Below are positions 1-11,737 of a stretch of 64,000 nt of DNA, in pieces. Within the stretch, counting starts at the first letter, position 1. Each line of letters opens with the position of its first letter. This DNA comes from Chiloscyllium plagiosum (lineage: Eukaryota), in contig NC_057759.1 of NCBI RefSeq assembly GCF_004010195.1, forward strand, positions 838,112 through 902,111. Reading direction: 5' to 3'. A program made the translations under genes and the position numbers. The notes under the pieces are model-generated. The model saw only the letters and a list, made by a program, of their open reading frames with translations, made no database searches and was not told the DNA's origin.

Positions 1-29
1 TTTTTTTTGTTTGGTCTCTTGATTTGAAT

Positions 30-1160
30 TGGAATATAGGGGATATGGTTAGTAAGTTTGCTGTTTGGTGATATCTGTGAAGAAGGTTATCTCAGAGTCT
101 CACGGGACGTTGATCAGATGGGTCAATGGGCCAAGGGGTGCCAGGTGGAGTTTAATTTAGGTAAGTGTCAAGTGTTGCATTTTGATTAAAAAAAACTGGG
201 CAAAACTTAGAAAGTTAATTGCAGGGCCCTGGGAAGCGTTGTGGAACAAAGGGATCTTAGTGTGCAGGTGCATTGATCCTTGAAAGTGGAATTACATGCT
301 TGCCTTCCTTGGTCAGTGCATGGAGTATTGGAGTTGGCAGATCATACTGCAACTGGACAGTACATCGATGAGGCTACTTTTAGAATTCGGAATATAACGC
401 TGATTTCTCTCCTGGAGGAAGAGGTCGTTAAACTAGAAAGAGTACAGAAAAACGTTACAAACTTATTTCTGGAACTGGAAGGGTTTTTTGATTATAAGGA
501 GATGATAAATAAGCTGGGACATCTGTTTCCATAAAGTGTCAGAGGCTGAAGGGTGACCAGACAGAGGTTTATAAAATTATGAGGGGCATAGATAAGGTAA
601 ATAGAAAGTATCTTTCTCCCAGATTTCAGGAGTCTAAAACTAATGGACACAGTTTTAATGTGAGAGTGGAAAAAATTAGAAGGGATCTGAGGGGCAACCT
701 TTTGACATAGAAGGTGTTGTGTATATGAATGAGCTACCAGCAGAAGTAATAGTGGTGGTACAATCACAGTATTAGAAAAGTTAAAAATCACACAACACCA
801 GGTTGCAGTCCAACAGGTTTAATTGGAAGCACACTAACTTTCGGAGCGACGCCCCTTCATCAGGTGATAGTGCCTTCATCAGGCACTATCACCTGATGAA
901 AGAGAGTCGCTCCAAAAGTTAGTGTGAATCCAATTAAACCTGTTGGACTATAACCTGGTGTTGTGTGATTTTTAACTTTGTACACCCCAGTCCAACACCG
1001 GCATCTCCAAATCATGAGTATTAAAAAAGAACGCTTGGAAAGGTGCGTGGATAGGAAAAGTATAGAGGGATATGGGCCAAACACAGGCAAATGGGTGTAG
1101 TTCAGTTTAGGATATTTGATCGACCTGGATGAGTTGGACTGAAGTGTCTGTTTCCGTGCT
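30..1160 (+). mobile_element. Old CR1 LINE 3' fragment, shared with the paralogous position 20580-21410
   Basis: VKLERVQK remnants and CR1 3'UTR ending ctatgactct; interrupted by a palindromic element. Confidence 0.8.
779..1016. mobile_element. Short palindromic Penelope-derived element
   Basis: ~95-bp inverted arms centred near 876; flanked by agtatta(g/a)aaaag TSD-like repeat; same family as 10032-11737 and 39303-39514. Confidence 0.75.
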
Positions 1161-2525
1161 GTACGACTCTATGACTCTCTCACTTTTCAATGTGACTCCT
1201 ACTATTATCTCTGCCTCCATATTTCATTGACTATCCCCCTCTCAACATCACCACCATCGACCTAGCTGTCATTCTGTTTGTGTCAATTTTCTCCATCTCT
1301 CTCCGTCTCACTCTCTCTCAGCCTCGTTCTCACTATATGTCATTGTTGTTCCATCTGTCTCTGTCTCTCACTCTTTACCATGATTTTTCTCTCTGTCTTT
1401 GACAATCAATCCATTCTGTCCTAATCTTCCTCATCCTCAGATTATAGTCTCTATCCCTGGACTCTTTCTCTATCGGAGAATCTAATCAAAGTTGCATTAC
1501 ATAAATGTAAGTCATTTGAGTCTGACTAAGAATCATGTGCTTTGCCATTATGTTATGATAGATCGTTTTGGGTTAAAACGTAGTACAGAAATTTAATTTT
1601 TCTTTGATTGTCCAGCAGTTAGACTCATTAGTTTATGTTGTCAATTGTTACTGTACGCTAATACCACGGAAACATAGTCCCAAAATTAAAAAGATAACAC
1701 CAAAGACCTACTCCTTCATTGGGACATGCATCTGGTGGTAGGTTTAACTTCGGATCACAAGAACAAGAGCTTGAGATGGAGATAACCTCGTCTGGTATAG
1801 AATTGGTTCCACACTATTGTCATCACGCAGAAGCTATTCCAAGTCACCAATGCTAACTCAAACAGAATATTCATTGATATTCATAAATATACATTAGGTC
1901 TATTTTGCAACCAATCAGATGATCTCGCGTATAGTGGGATTGCCCTGTAAGGGTGAGACTCGGCTCACTGGAGTTTGAAGACTGAGAGGTGATTTCATTG
2001 AAACATACAGTTGCTTGAAAGTGTCAATGCTGAAAAGGATGTTTTGCCCTCAAGGAAGAGCCTGGGATGAAACGTTACCGTCATCAGGAAAAAGGAACAC
2101 CAATGGATAAGGAGGAACTTCTTCTGAAAGTTGAATGTATCTGGAAAACCTCACCACAGAGAGCTGTGTGGGGGCAGAGTCATTGTATATGCAAAGGCTG
2201 AGAGAGCTAGATGCTTGTTCAGTGAGGAATCAAGGGAACGGACAGGAAATTCAACGTGACTTATGTTCGATCAGCTGTGATCCTATTGAGTTGTGGAGCG
2301 CTGAACTTCCTTTTGCTCCCAACCGACCATTGATCAATTCCCAATCATGGGATTTCCGTGAAAATTTCAAACGTGCTCTGTAAGTTGCATCTTTGTCCCG
2401 TCGGTGCGAAGTAGTGCCCAGGTGGAGACTGAGAAGCAACAAAATTGTTTTGGCTCCTCATTTACACAGAGGAAAACATAGCACACATGACTCAATCCAG
2501 GCCACTGGGTCATAGAGTAATCGAT

Positions 2526-4870
2526 TCATAGAGTAACAGAGATGTACAGCACGGAAGCAAACCCTTCAGTCCACCTTATCCATGCCAAACAGATATCCCA
2601 ACCCAATCTCGTCCCACCTGCCAGCACCCGGCCCATATCCCTCTGAACCTTTCCTATTCATATACCCATCCAGATGCCTTTTAAATGTTGAAATTGTACT
2701 AGCCTCTACCACTTGGTCTGGCAGCTCATTCCAAGTACGTACTGCCCTCTACATAAAAAGGTTACCCTTCAGATCTATTTTATATCTTTCCCCCTCATCC
2801 TAAACCTATGCCCTCTAGTTTTGGACTACCCCACCCCAGGGAAAAGACTTTGTCTACTTATACTATCCATCCCCTCAAACTCCGACGCTCCGGGGAAAAC
2901 AACCCTAGCCTACTTAAACTCTCCCTATATCTCAAATCCTCCAACCTTGGCAACATCCTTGAAAATCTTTTCTGAACCCTTTCAAGTTTCACAACATCTT
3001 TCATGTAGGAAGGAGAACAGAATTGCATGCAATATTCCAAAAGTGGCCTAACCAATGTCCTATACAACCGAAACATGACCTCCCAACTTCGGTAATCAAC
3101 ATTCTGACCAATAAAGGAAAAACCACGGCCTTTTTCACTAACCTATCTATCTGCAACGCCACTTTCAAGAAGGTATGAACCTGCACTCCAAGGTATTTTT
3201 GTTCAGCAATACTCCATACGACATTAGCATTAAGTGCATAAGTCCTGCAAAGATTTGCTTGTCCAAAATGCAGCACCTGCCATTTATCTAAATTAAATTC
3301 CATCTGCCACTTCTCAGCCCACTGACCCATCTGAGATCCTGTTATAATCTGAGGAAATCTTTTTCGCTGTCCACTACACCTCCAATTCTGGTGTAATCTG
3401 CAAACTTACAACTATATCTCTTATGCTCACATCCAAATCATTGATGTAAATAACGAAAAATAGAGGACCCAGCACTGATCTTTGAGGTACTCCACTGGCT
3501 ACAGGCCTCCAGTCTGAAAAACAACACTCCACCACCACTCTTGTCTTCTACCTTTGAGCCAGTGCTGTATCCAAACGTCTTGTTCTCGTCGTAACTCATG
3601 AGATCCAACTTTACTCAATAATCTCCCATGGGGAAACTTGGCGAACGCCTTACTGAAGTCAATATAGATCACGTCCACCGCTCTACCCACATCAATCTTC
3701 TGTTTCACGTTTTCAAAAATCTCAATCAAGTTTGTGAAACATGATTTCTCATGCACAAAGCCATGTTGACTACCCTAGTCAGTCCTTGCCTTTCCAAATA
3801 CATATACATCCTGTCCCTCAGGATTCCCTCCAACAACCTGCCTACCACGGACATCAGGCTCACTTGTCTATAGTTCCCTGACTTTTCCTTACCATCTTTC
3901 TTCAACAGTGGCACCACGTTAGCCAACCCCCAGTCTTCCTGTACCTCACTTGTGACAATCAATGATACAAATATATCGGCAAGAGGTCCAGCAATCCCTT
4001 CGCTGGCTTCCCACAGAGTTCTAAGATGCATCTGATCAGGTTCTGGGGATTTATCCACTTTTATGTGTTTCACGACATCCAGCACTTCCTCCTGTGTTTT
4101 CTGGACATTTTCCAGATGTCACCATCTGTTTCCTTACATTCTATATCTTCCATGTCCTTTTCCACAGTGAACATGGAAGCAAATTACTTGTTTTGTATCT
4201 TCTCCATCTCCTGTGGCTCCACCTTGCTGACCACCTTTCTGATCTTTGAGGGGCCCTATTGTCTTCCTAGTAACCTTTCTGTCCTTAATGTATTTGTATA
4301 AGCCCTTTGGATTCTCCTTAACCCTTTTTGCCAAAACTATCTCGTGTCCCTTTTTTGCCGTCCTGACTTCCCTCTTAAGTATACTCCTACTGCCTTTGTA
4401 CTCTTCTAAAAATTCATTCCATCCATCTTTTCTATATCTAACATTTACTTCCTTCTTTTTCTTAACCAATCCCTCAAATTCTTTAGTCATCCAGCATTCC
4501 CTTCACCTACCAGCCTTTCCTTTCATCCTAACAGAAATATGTCTCTGGACTCTCGTTATCTCATTTCTGAAGGCTTCCAATTTTCCAGCTGTCTCTTTAC
4601 CTGCAAACGTCTGTCCCCAATCAGCTTTTCAAAATTCTTGCCTAATACCATTGAAATTAGCCTTCCTCCAATGTAGAACTTCAACTTTTAGATCTTGTCT
4701 ATCCTTTTCCTTCACTATTTTAAAACTAATAGAATTATGTCGCTGGCCCCAAAGTGCTCCCCCAGAGAAACCTCAGTCACCTGCTCTATCATATTTCCCA
4801 AGAGTAGTTCAAGTTTTGCATCTTCTCTACTAGGTGCATCCACTCATTGAATCAGAAAATTGGTTGCACA
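2526..4870 (-). mobile_element. CR1 LINE ORF2 fragment (degenerate)
   Basis: Minus-strand ORFs with GNYRQVSLMSVV, DFSKAFAKFPH, KWQMEFNLDK, LERVQKRFSRML. Confidence 0.9.
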
Positions 4871-4879
4871 CACTTAAAA

Positions 4880-5900
4880 TATTCCTTAGCACTGTCTATA
4901 TACAAATCAAAGACGCTTCCCGCTCCATCACCTATCTGTATTTTTGGGAATTAGATCACAATGCTGTGCTGTTCTCCCGGTTTACAAGGAGAAATTGAAG
5001 CAAGAGTACCCAGTACAGACAGTCGTGCAGTGTTGATCTGAGACAATAGAAGGGCTTCAATGGGTCTGCTTCGAGTCGGTGGACTGGTTGATTTTCAAGA
5101 AGCCAGTGGTCAACTTAACAGAGTGCGCCACCAACATTACAGACTTCACTAATGAGCGTGTAGAATGCTGTGTGCCCAAGGAATCAACCCAAATGTTCCC
5201 CAACTAGAAATCATGCATGAACTGGGAGAGCCATTCCCTACTGAAGTCCAGGTCTGAGGCTTTCAATTCGGGTCACGCTAATATATACAGGAAAACCAGT
5301 TACGACCTTTCTACGAACATCAGTGATGTCAACAGGCAATACCAAACTAAGTGTGACACACAGACCAACAGCACGGAGTCCGTCATTTGTGGCAAGGGTT
5401 GCACAACGTAATGGTCTGCAAAGCGAAATTGAACAGAATCATGGGCAATAGTATGTCCCTACGCGATGAGCTCAGTGCATTCTACACTCGCTTTGATCAC
5501 AAGGTCAATGAATCTATGTTACATATCCTAGCAGTCTCGGATGCACCTGGTACCTTAGATCGGTCTGCTTCAGTGAAACCAGGGAAAGCTACTGACCCGG
5601 ATGGTGTCCCCGGCCATGCACTCGAATCCTGCATGGATTCACATGTATTCACAGACATATTTAACCTCTCCTTACAACGATGTGAATTCGCCATCTGCGT
5701 CAAGATGACCAGCACCATCCTGGTGCCAGCAAAATCATGCAACGTGTTTCAATGACTTCTGCCTGGTGGCTGTGTCCTCTATGCTTATCAAGTGCTTAGA
5801 GAAGTTAGTCATGTTTTATATCAACTCCAGCCTACCAACTGCCTTGACTCTTTACAATTCTCCAAACGACGCAAAGGGTCCACAACAAAATATTATGCAC
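4880..5900 (+). mobile_element. Rex1/Babar-type LINE fragment
   Basis: PGKATDPDGVPGHAL, VFTDIFNLSL and TILVPAK motifs. Confidence 0.75.
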
Positions 5901-6575
5901 GTTGGCGTCCTATCTCTGCAATGTAGAGGAGACCACATGGAGAACAATGGACACAGTAGATGACATTTCAAACAACATCTCTGGGACACACGCACTAAAC
6001 AGCCCCACTGCCCTGTGGTCGAACACTTCAACTCCTCCACCTACTCTGCCAAGGACATACAAGTCTTGGTTATCCTCCATCACCAAACTCTGGCCACTCG
6101 ACGCCTGGAGGAAGAATGGTCCAGCTTCTGTCTTAGGACAGAAACAAATACACGGGATCAATTTGGATTTCATTAATTTCACATTTCGCTTCCCCTCACC
6201 TTATCTCAGATCAAACCTTCCAACTCGGCTGCCACTTTTGAACTGTCCGACCTGTCCACTTTCCTTCCCACTTATCAGCTCCACCCTCCTCTCCGACCTA
6301 TCAGCTTCACCTTTATCTACCTATCAAATTCCCAGCTACTTCCTGCCAGCTCGACTCCCCCACTCCACCGTATTTCCTGACCTATCACCAACACCCACCA
6401 CCTCCATCTACCTACCGCATTGCCAGCTACCATAACCCACCTCCACCCCTCTCCAATTTATCTCTCAGCCCCCTTGGGCCACCCCCTCATTCCTGTTGAA
6501 GAGCTTATGCTTAAAACACAGACTTCCCTGTTCCTCAGATGCTGCCTGACCGGCTGTTCTTTTACAGCACCACAC
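5900..6575 (+). mobile_element. Penelope-like element 3' part (GIY-YIG C-terminus and pLTR)
   Basis: RRLEEE...HGINLDF remnants, pyrimidine-rich tract, degenerate hammerhead-like core near 6492. Confidence 0.65.
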
Positions 6576-7339
6576 ATTTGGAATCAACACCATCCTGAAC
6601 AACATGACGTACAAACTGCTATGTTTCATGCTCTATGCAATGAAGGAAAGCACGTAAAATGCCTTCTTCGCCACCCTATCCACCTGCGGCGCAACGTTTA
6701 AGATACTATGTACTTGCACTCTCAGACCTCTCTATTAGACCACACTCACCAGAGATTATCATTAATTATCTAAGTCCTACCCTGGCTTGTTTTACTAAAA
6801 TATAATACCTCATATGTGAAACATAGAACAGTACAGCACAGTACAGACTCTTTGACTTTGATGATGTGTAGGCCTTCAATCCTACTCTAAGATCTGACTA
6901 ACCTACATACACTTCATCGTACTAATTTCCAACTGACCCTACTACTACTGCTGGCAGTGCATTGCACGCACCCACCACTCGTTGTGTAAAGAATCTACCT
7001 CTGACATCTCCCCTAATTCTCCCTCCAATTACCTTAAAATTATCGTACCGCATGAATGACACTTCTGTTATGGGAAAAAGTCTCTGGCTCTCTATTCTAT
7101 TCATGCCACTCATCATCTTCTGCACCTGAATCAAGTCACCTCTCATTCTTCTTCTCTCCAATGAAAAAAGCTCTAGGACGCTCAGTCTTTCTTCATAAGA
7201 CTTAGCTTCCATTTCAGGGAAGCATCCTGACAAATCTTCTCTGAACCCTGTCTAAAACTTTCACATCTTTCCTGTAACGAGAGGACCAGAACTGAGCACA
7301 ATATTAAAAGTGTGGTCTTGCCAGTACTCTATAGAGATG

Positions 7340-7880
7340 CAGGGAGAAAGTGAGAACTGCAGATGCTGCAGATCAAAGTCGAAGGGTGTTGTGCTGGAAA
7401 AGCACAACAGGTCGGGCAGCATCCGAGGAGCAAGAGAATCCAAGTTTCGGGAAAAAGCCCATCATTAAATAAGGAATGATGTGGTGGTCCAAGAGGGCTG
7501 AGAGGTAAATGGGAGAGGGATGTGGCTCGTAGCTCAGGGGTTTCGTAGCTGGGAATGTGGTAGGTAAATGGACGTTTTAGGGTGATGGTGATAGGTCAAA
7601 AAGGAGGGTGGGCAGGAAGATGGACAGGTAGGATAACTCGAGGTTGGTGCTGAATTCGAAGGTTAGATCATGGATAAGGTGGGGGAGCGAAAATGAAGGA
7701 ACTGGCGAAATCTACACTGATCCCGAGTGGTTGGAGGGTCCCAAGACAGAAGATGAGGCACTCCTCCTCCAGGTTTTGGGTGGCTTGCAGTTGGCAGTGG
7801 AGGAGGCTCCGTACCTGCATGTCCTTGGCGGTGGGAGAGGGAGTTAAAACATTCGACCACAGGGTGGCCTGGCTGTTTAT
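7340..7880 (-). mobile_element. Penelope-like element 3' part
   Basis: Same family as 5900-6575 in reverse orientation. Confidence 0.6.
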
Positions 7881-7949
7881 TGCACGTTAATCAAATATGA
7901 TGGTGAGATCACCTTTAGAATAGTGCATTCAATTCTGGTCTCCCTGCTA

Positions 7950-8285
7950 TCATAGAATCCCTCCAGTGTGGAAACAGACCATTTGGCCTAACAGGTCCAC
8001 ATGGATCCTCTGAAGAATAACCCACCCAGACACATTCTCCCTACACAATTAATTCGCCCCTGAGTAATGCACCTAACCTATATATCACAGCATGGTATGG
8101 GCAATTTAGCATGGCCAATTCACCTAAGCTGCACATTTTGGTTCGTAGAAAGAAACTAGAGCACCCGGAGGAAACCCACTCAGTCAGGGGGAGAATTTGC
8201 AAACTCCACATATACAGTCACCTAAGGCTGAAATCGAACCTGGGTCCCTGGGTACAGCGAGGCAGCAGCACTAGCCACTGAGCAA
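7950..8285 (-). mobile_element. HE1-type tRNA-derived SINE
   Basis: Reverse of A box (ctcagtggctagtgct) and B box (ggttcgattt) followed by a CR1-like tail. Confidence 0.75.
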
Positions 8286-10031
8286 TCCGTCACCCAACAT
8301 AGGAAGGATATTGTCAAAGGATGAACAAATGATATACAAGGGTGTTACCAGGACTGGAGGGTTTGAGTTATCGGGAAAGACAGGACAAGCTGCGGCGTTT
8401 TAACAGCAAAAGAGGTTTAGGGGTGACTTTATGGAGATTTATAAAATTTTGAGGAGTCTAAATAAGACGAATAGCCAAAGTCTTTCCCCAGAGTCGGGGA
8501 TTTCAGCAGTAGAGTGCATGATTTAAAGTGACAAGAGGAAGATTTAAAAAGTGACTTGAGATGCAACTTCTTCATACAAAAGGTAATTCATATGTGGAAT
8601 GAATTGCCAGAGGAAATGAAGACGTGGGTACAATTACCGTGATTAAATATATTTGGACAGGTGCATAAACAGGGAAGGTTTGGAGGGCTGAGCCCAGGCA
8701 AATGGCATTGGTTCAGTTTGGAAAAACGGGCCAGCATAGATGAGTTGGGCCGAAGGACCTTATTCCTGCTCTATAACTCTGTGATTCTATGATCTGCGGC
8801 GGGATGTACATCCGCCTGAAAAACAGTCCCATCTGTTTTGGTGTGAACGTTGTAACCCTATCTCTAGCCATTTCCGTTGTGGTTGTTCCACTTAAATCAA
8901 ACGTTAACTGTTAGTACTCACGTGCCTTCTTTGTAAATGTATCCTCCTGTTAGGAAGGAAAAGGCAGACAGTTTCCAGACCGAAGGTTTAATGCCTTGAA
9001 AGAGCCTTTTCTCATATCCGCAGAAAGAGAAATATGTATGAATGTTTGCCACTGATAGCTGGAAATCTAACTGTTACATTGTCCTGTGCAGCATATTAAC
9101 ATGCTCAGGTCCCTGTGGAGGCCAGTTCTTTTTAAATCTCTCTCTCTCTTTGAGTAGCTGCTGCATATCTGTTTGCTAGTTTTGCAGAGCTGCCATGAGC
9201 TCCTTATTTGACTCTATGCCTAAGATACACCGAAAATAGGAGTAGGTGCAGGCCATTCGTTTCTACTGGTCTGGGCTGACGATTCAATCGGATCATTCGG
9301 CTGAGTCACCTGTTACGACGCCCGCCCCCCCACTCCCCACCGCCAGGCTTCAGCCTCTCAGAACTCTCTCCAACTCCAGAACATTCAATGTTCTGGACGC
9401 AATCGCTATCTGTGGCAAAGAATTCCATAACTTCCCCACTCATTGGGTGAAGACATATCTTCTTGCTTCAGTTCTACCCCATTTCCCTTAGTTTGCGATC
9501 CCCTGGTTCTGGAACGCGACCACCCTTCCCCACTGCAACCCCCTCAACACACACACACACACCCTCCTCTGATCATCTGGAGCATCCTTCCTGTGCTGAT
9601 TCCTGTTTTGTCTTGTTAAAATCTTACAGATATCTCCTTATTCAAAAAAAAAATCGATCGAAAGTAATTCTAATCTAACCAGTATCCCTTCATACGTTAG
9701 TCCTACTATCCCAGGAATCAGTGTGGAAAACCTCCAATGCACTACCTCCATAGCCAGAACATCGTTCCTCAGCTAAGGAGATGGTAACGGCGCAAAGGAT
9801 TGCACATTAAAAACAGAGATATATTCCCCAAGATAAAGCAAAAAACTGTGGCTGTTTAAGGTCTGAAAAAAAAGCAGAAATGACATGACAAACTCTGCAA
9901 TCCTGGCAGCATTGTGAGGTTGGGGTTTGGTGGTTGCTGAAGCAAGATAGCGAGAGAGAGAGAGAAAAATGATTTACTGTTGCATGTTATATATAAAGAT
10001 TTTCCTACCTACTCTACCATTGTCTTTCATA

Positions 10032-11737
10032 GTTAAAAATCACACAACATCAGGTTATAGTCCAACAGGTTTATTTGGAAGCACACTAGCTTTCGGAGCG
10101 ACGCTCCTTCATCAGGTGATTCTGGAGGGCTCAATCCTAACACACAGAATTTATACCAAAAATTTACAGTGTGATGTAAATGAAATTATACATTGAAAAA
10201 TTGATTGTCTCTTAAGCCTTTCATCTGTTAGAATACAGTGATAGTTTCACTTCTTTCATGTGTAAATCACAAAACTTTTTTTTTAAAATGTTGCATTCTC
10301 GGGTTAGCTGTTAACAATGGTGATAGCTAGACAATATGTTGAAGGTGTTGGCCCCCTGTGTTATCTGTCTATGCAATGATGTTTCGATTGATTCTTATCT
10401 AAAAAGTGAGATAACGGAGTTATACATAAATTTATGTCGTTTTTGAGCTCAGAATTCTACATGAATGCATGCAGTTTTTGACCCAAGTACAATTTAACAT
10501 TGCAAGTACAAAATCACCCCGCAAAATATGTGTGTGCATGTGGGTCTTTGTCTGTCTGCGTGTGTGTGTATGTCTGGGTTGGGGGTTGTGAGTGTGAGAA
10601 GTGTATGTGTGTGTATTGAGTGCAGAGTGTCTTAAGTCTGTGAGGGGGTGCATGTGTGAGTGTCTGTGTGCGCGTCTGTGTGTACGCGTGTGTCTGTGTG
10701 TATGTGTGTATAGGAGTGTCTGTGTGTGTGAAAGAGAGTGTGTGTAGGAGTATCTGTGGTCCGAGATCCGAGGCTGAATGTCCTGGACCACTGAAGTGTT
10801 CCTCAACTGGGAGGGAAACCTCCTGTCTGTTGATTGTTGTGCGATTCCCATTCACCCGTTGTCGTAGCCTTTGCTCGGTTTCCCCAATGGGTGACCATCC
10901 TCCAAGGTGGACTTCGGGATAGGCAGCAGCGAAAAGTGGCCGAGCAGAGGCTGATAGCTAAGTTCGGTACCCATAGGGAGGGCCTCAACCGGGACCTTGG
11001 GTTCATGCCACATTACAGGTGACCACCATTACACTTTACACACACACAGATACTCCTACACACACTCTCTCTCACACACACATGCACCTCCTCATAGACT
11101 TAAGACACTCTGCACTCACTACACACACACATACACTTTCTCACACTCACAACCCACAACCCAGATAGACAGACATACACACACAGACAAAGGCCCACAT
11201 GCACACATATATTTTGTGGGGTGAATTTGTACTTGCAGGGTTACATTGTACTTTGCTTAAAAAAACTGCATGCATTCACGTCGAACTCTGAGCTCAAAAA
11301 CTGCATGAATTTATGTAAAACTACGTTATCTCACTTTTTAGATTAGAATCAATCTAAACATCATGGGTCAGAGAACACAGGGGTCCAACACCTTCAACAG
11401 ATTATCTAGCTATCACCATTGTTAACAGCTAACCCGAGAATGAAACATTTTTTAAAAATGGTTTTGCGGTTTACACATGAAAGAAGTGAAACTATCACTG
11501 TATTCTAACAGATGAAAGGCTTAACAATCAATTTTTCAATGTATAATTTCATTTACATCACACTGTTAATTTTTGGTATAAATTCTGTGTGTTAGGATTG
11601 AGCCCTCCACTATCACCTGATGAAGGAGCGTCGCTCCGAAAGCTAGTGTGCTTCCAAATAAACCTGTTTGACTATAACCTGGTGTTGTGTGATTTTTAAC
11701 TTTGTACACCCCAGTCCAACACTGGCATCTCCAAATC
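10032..11737. mobile_element. Penelope-like element with long inverted terminal arms and 12-bp TSD
   Basis: Arms ~10032-10753 and ~11040-11700 are reverse complements. Central GIY-YIG remnant QGGLRDRQQRKVAEQRLIAKFGTHREGLNRDLG; TSD ttgtctttcata at 10020-10031 and 11738-11749. Confidence 0.85.
11614..11648 (+). ncRNA. Minimal hammerhead ribozyme core in Penelope pLTR (mirror copy on minus strand at 10084-10118)
   Basis: CAC-CTGATGA-aGGAGC gtc GCTCC-GAAA-GCTA-GTG: conserved boxes, stem II, palindromic AGCT in place of stem III, CAC/GTG stem I. Confidence 0.7.

Larger units (their letters stand above)
1..2510 (-). pseudogene. Diverged paralogous copy of the 3' introns and exon 8 region of the receptor gene
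   Basis: Collinear similarity with ~20540-24860, including unique blocks 1180-1690 vs 23165-23620 and 2330-2510 vs 24680-24860. The exon 8 counterpart at ~1546-1575 has lost its splice sites. Confidence 0.7.

Noticed and set aside
4246..4833. 195-aa hydrophobic plus-strand ORF
   Set aside because: Antisense shadow of the Lys/Arg-rich CR1 ORF2 region
10432..10922. His/Thr- and Cys/Val-rich ORFs (also 26572-26918)
   Set aside because: Translations of (CA)/(TG) microsatellites
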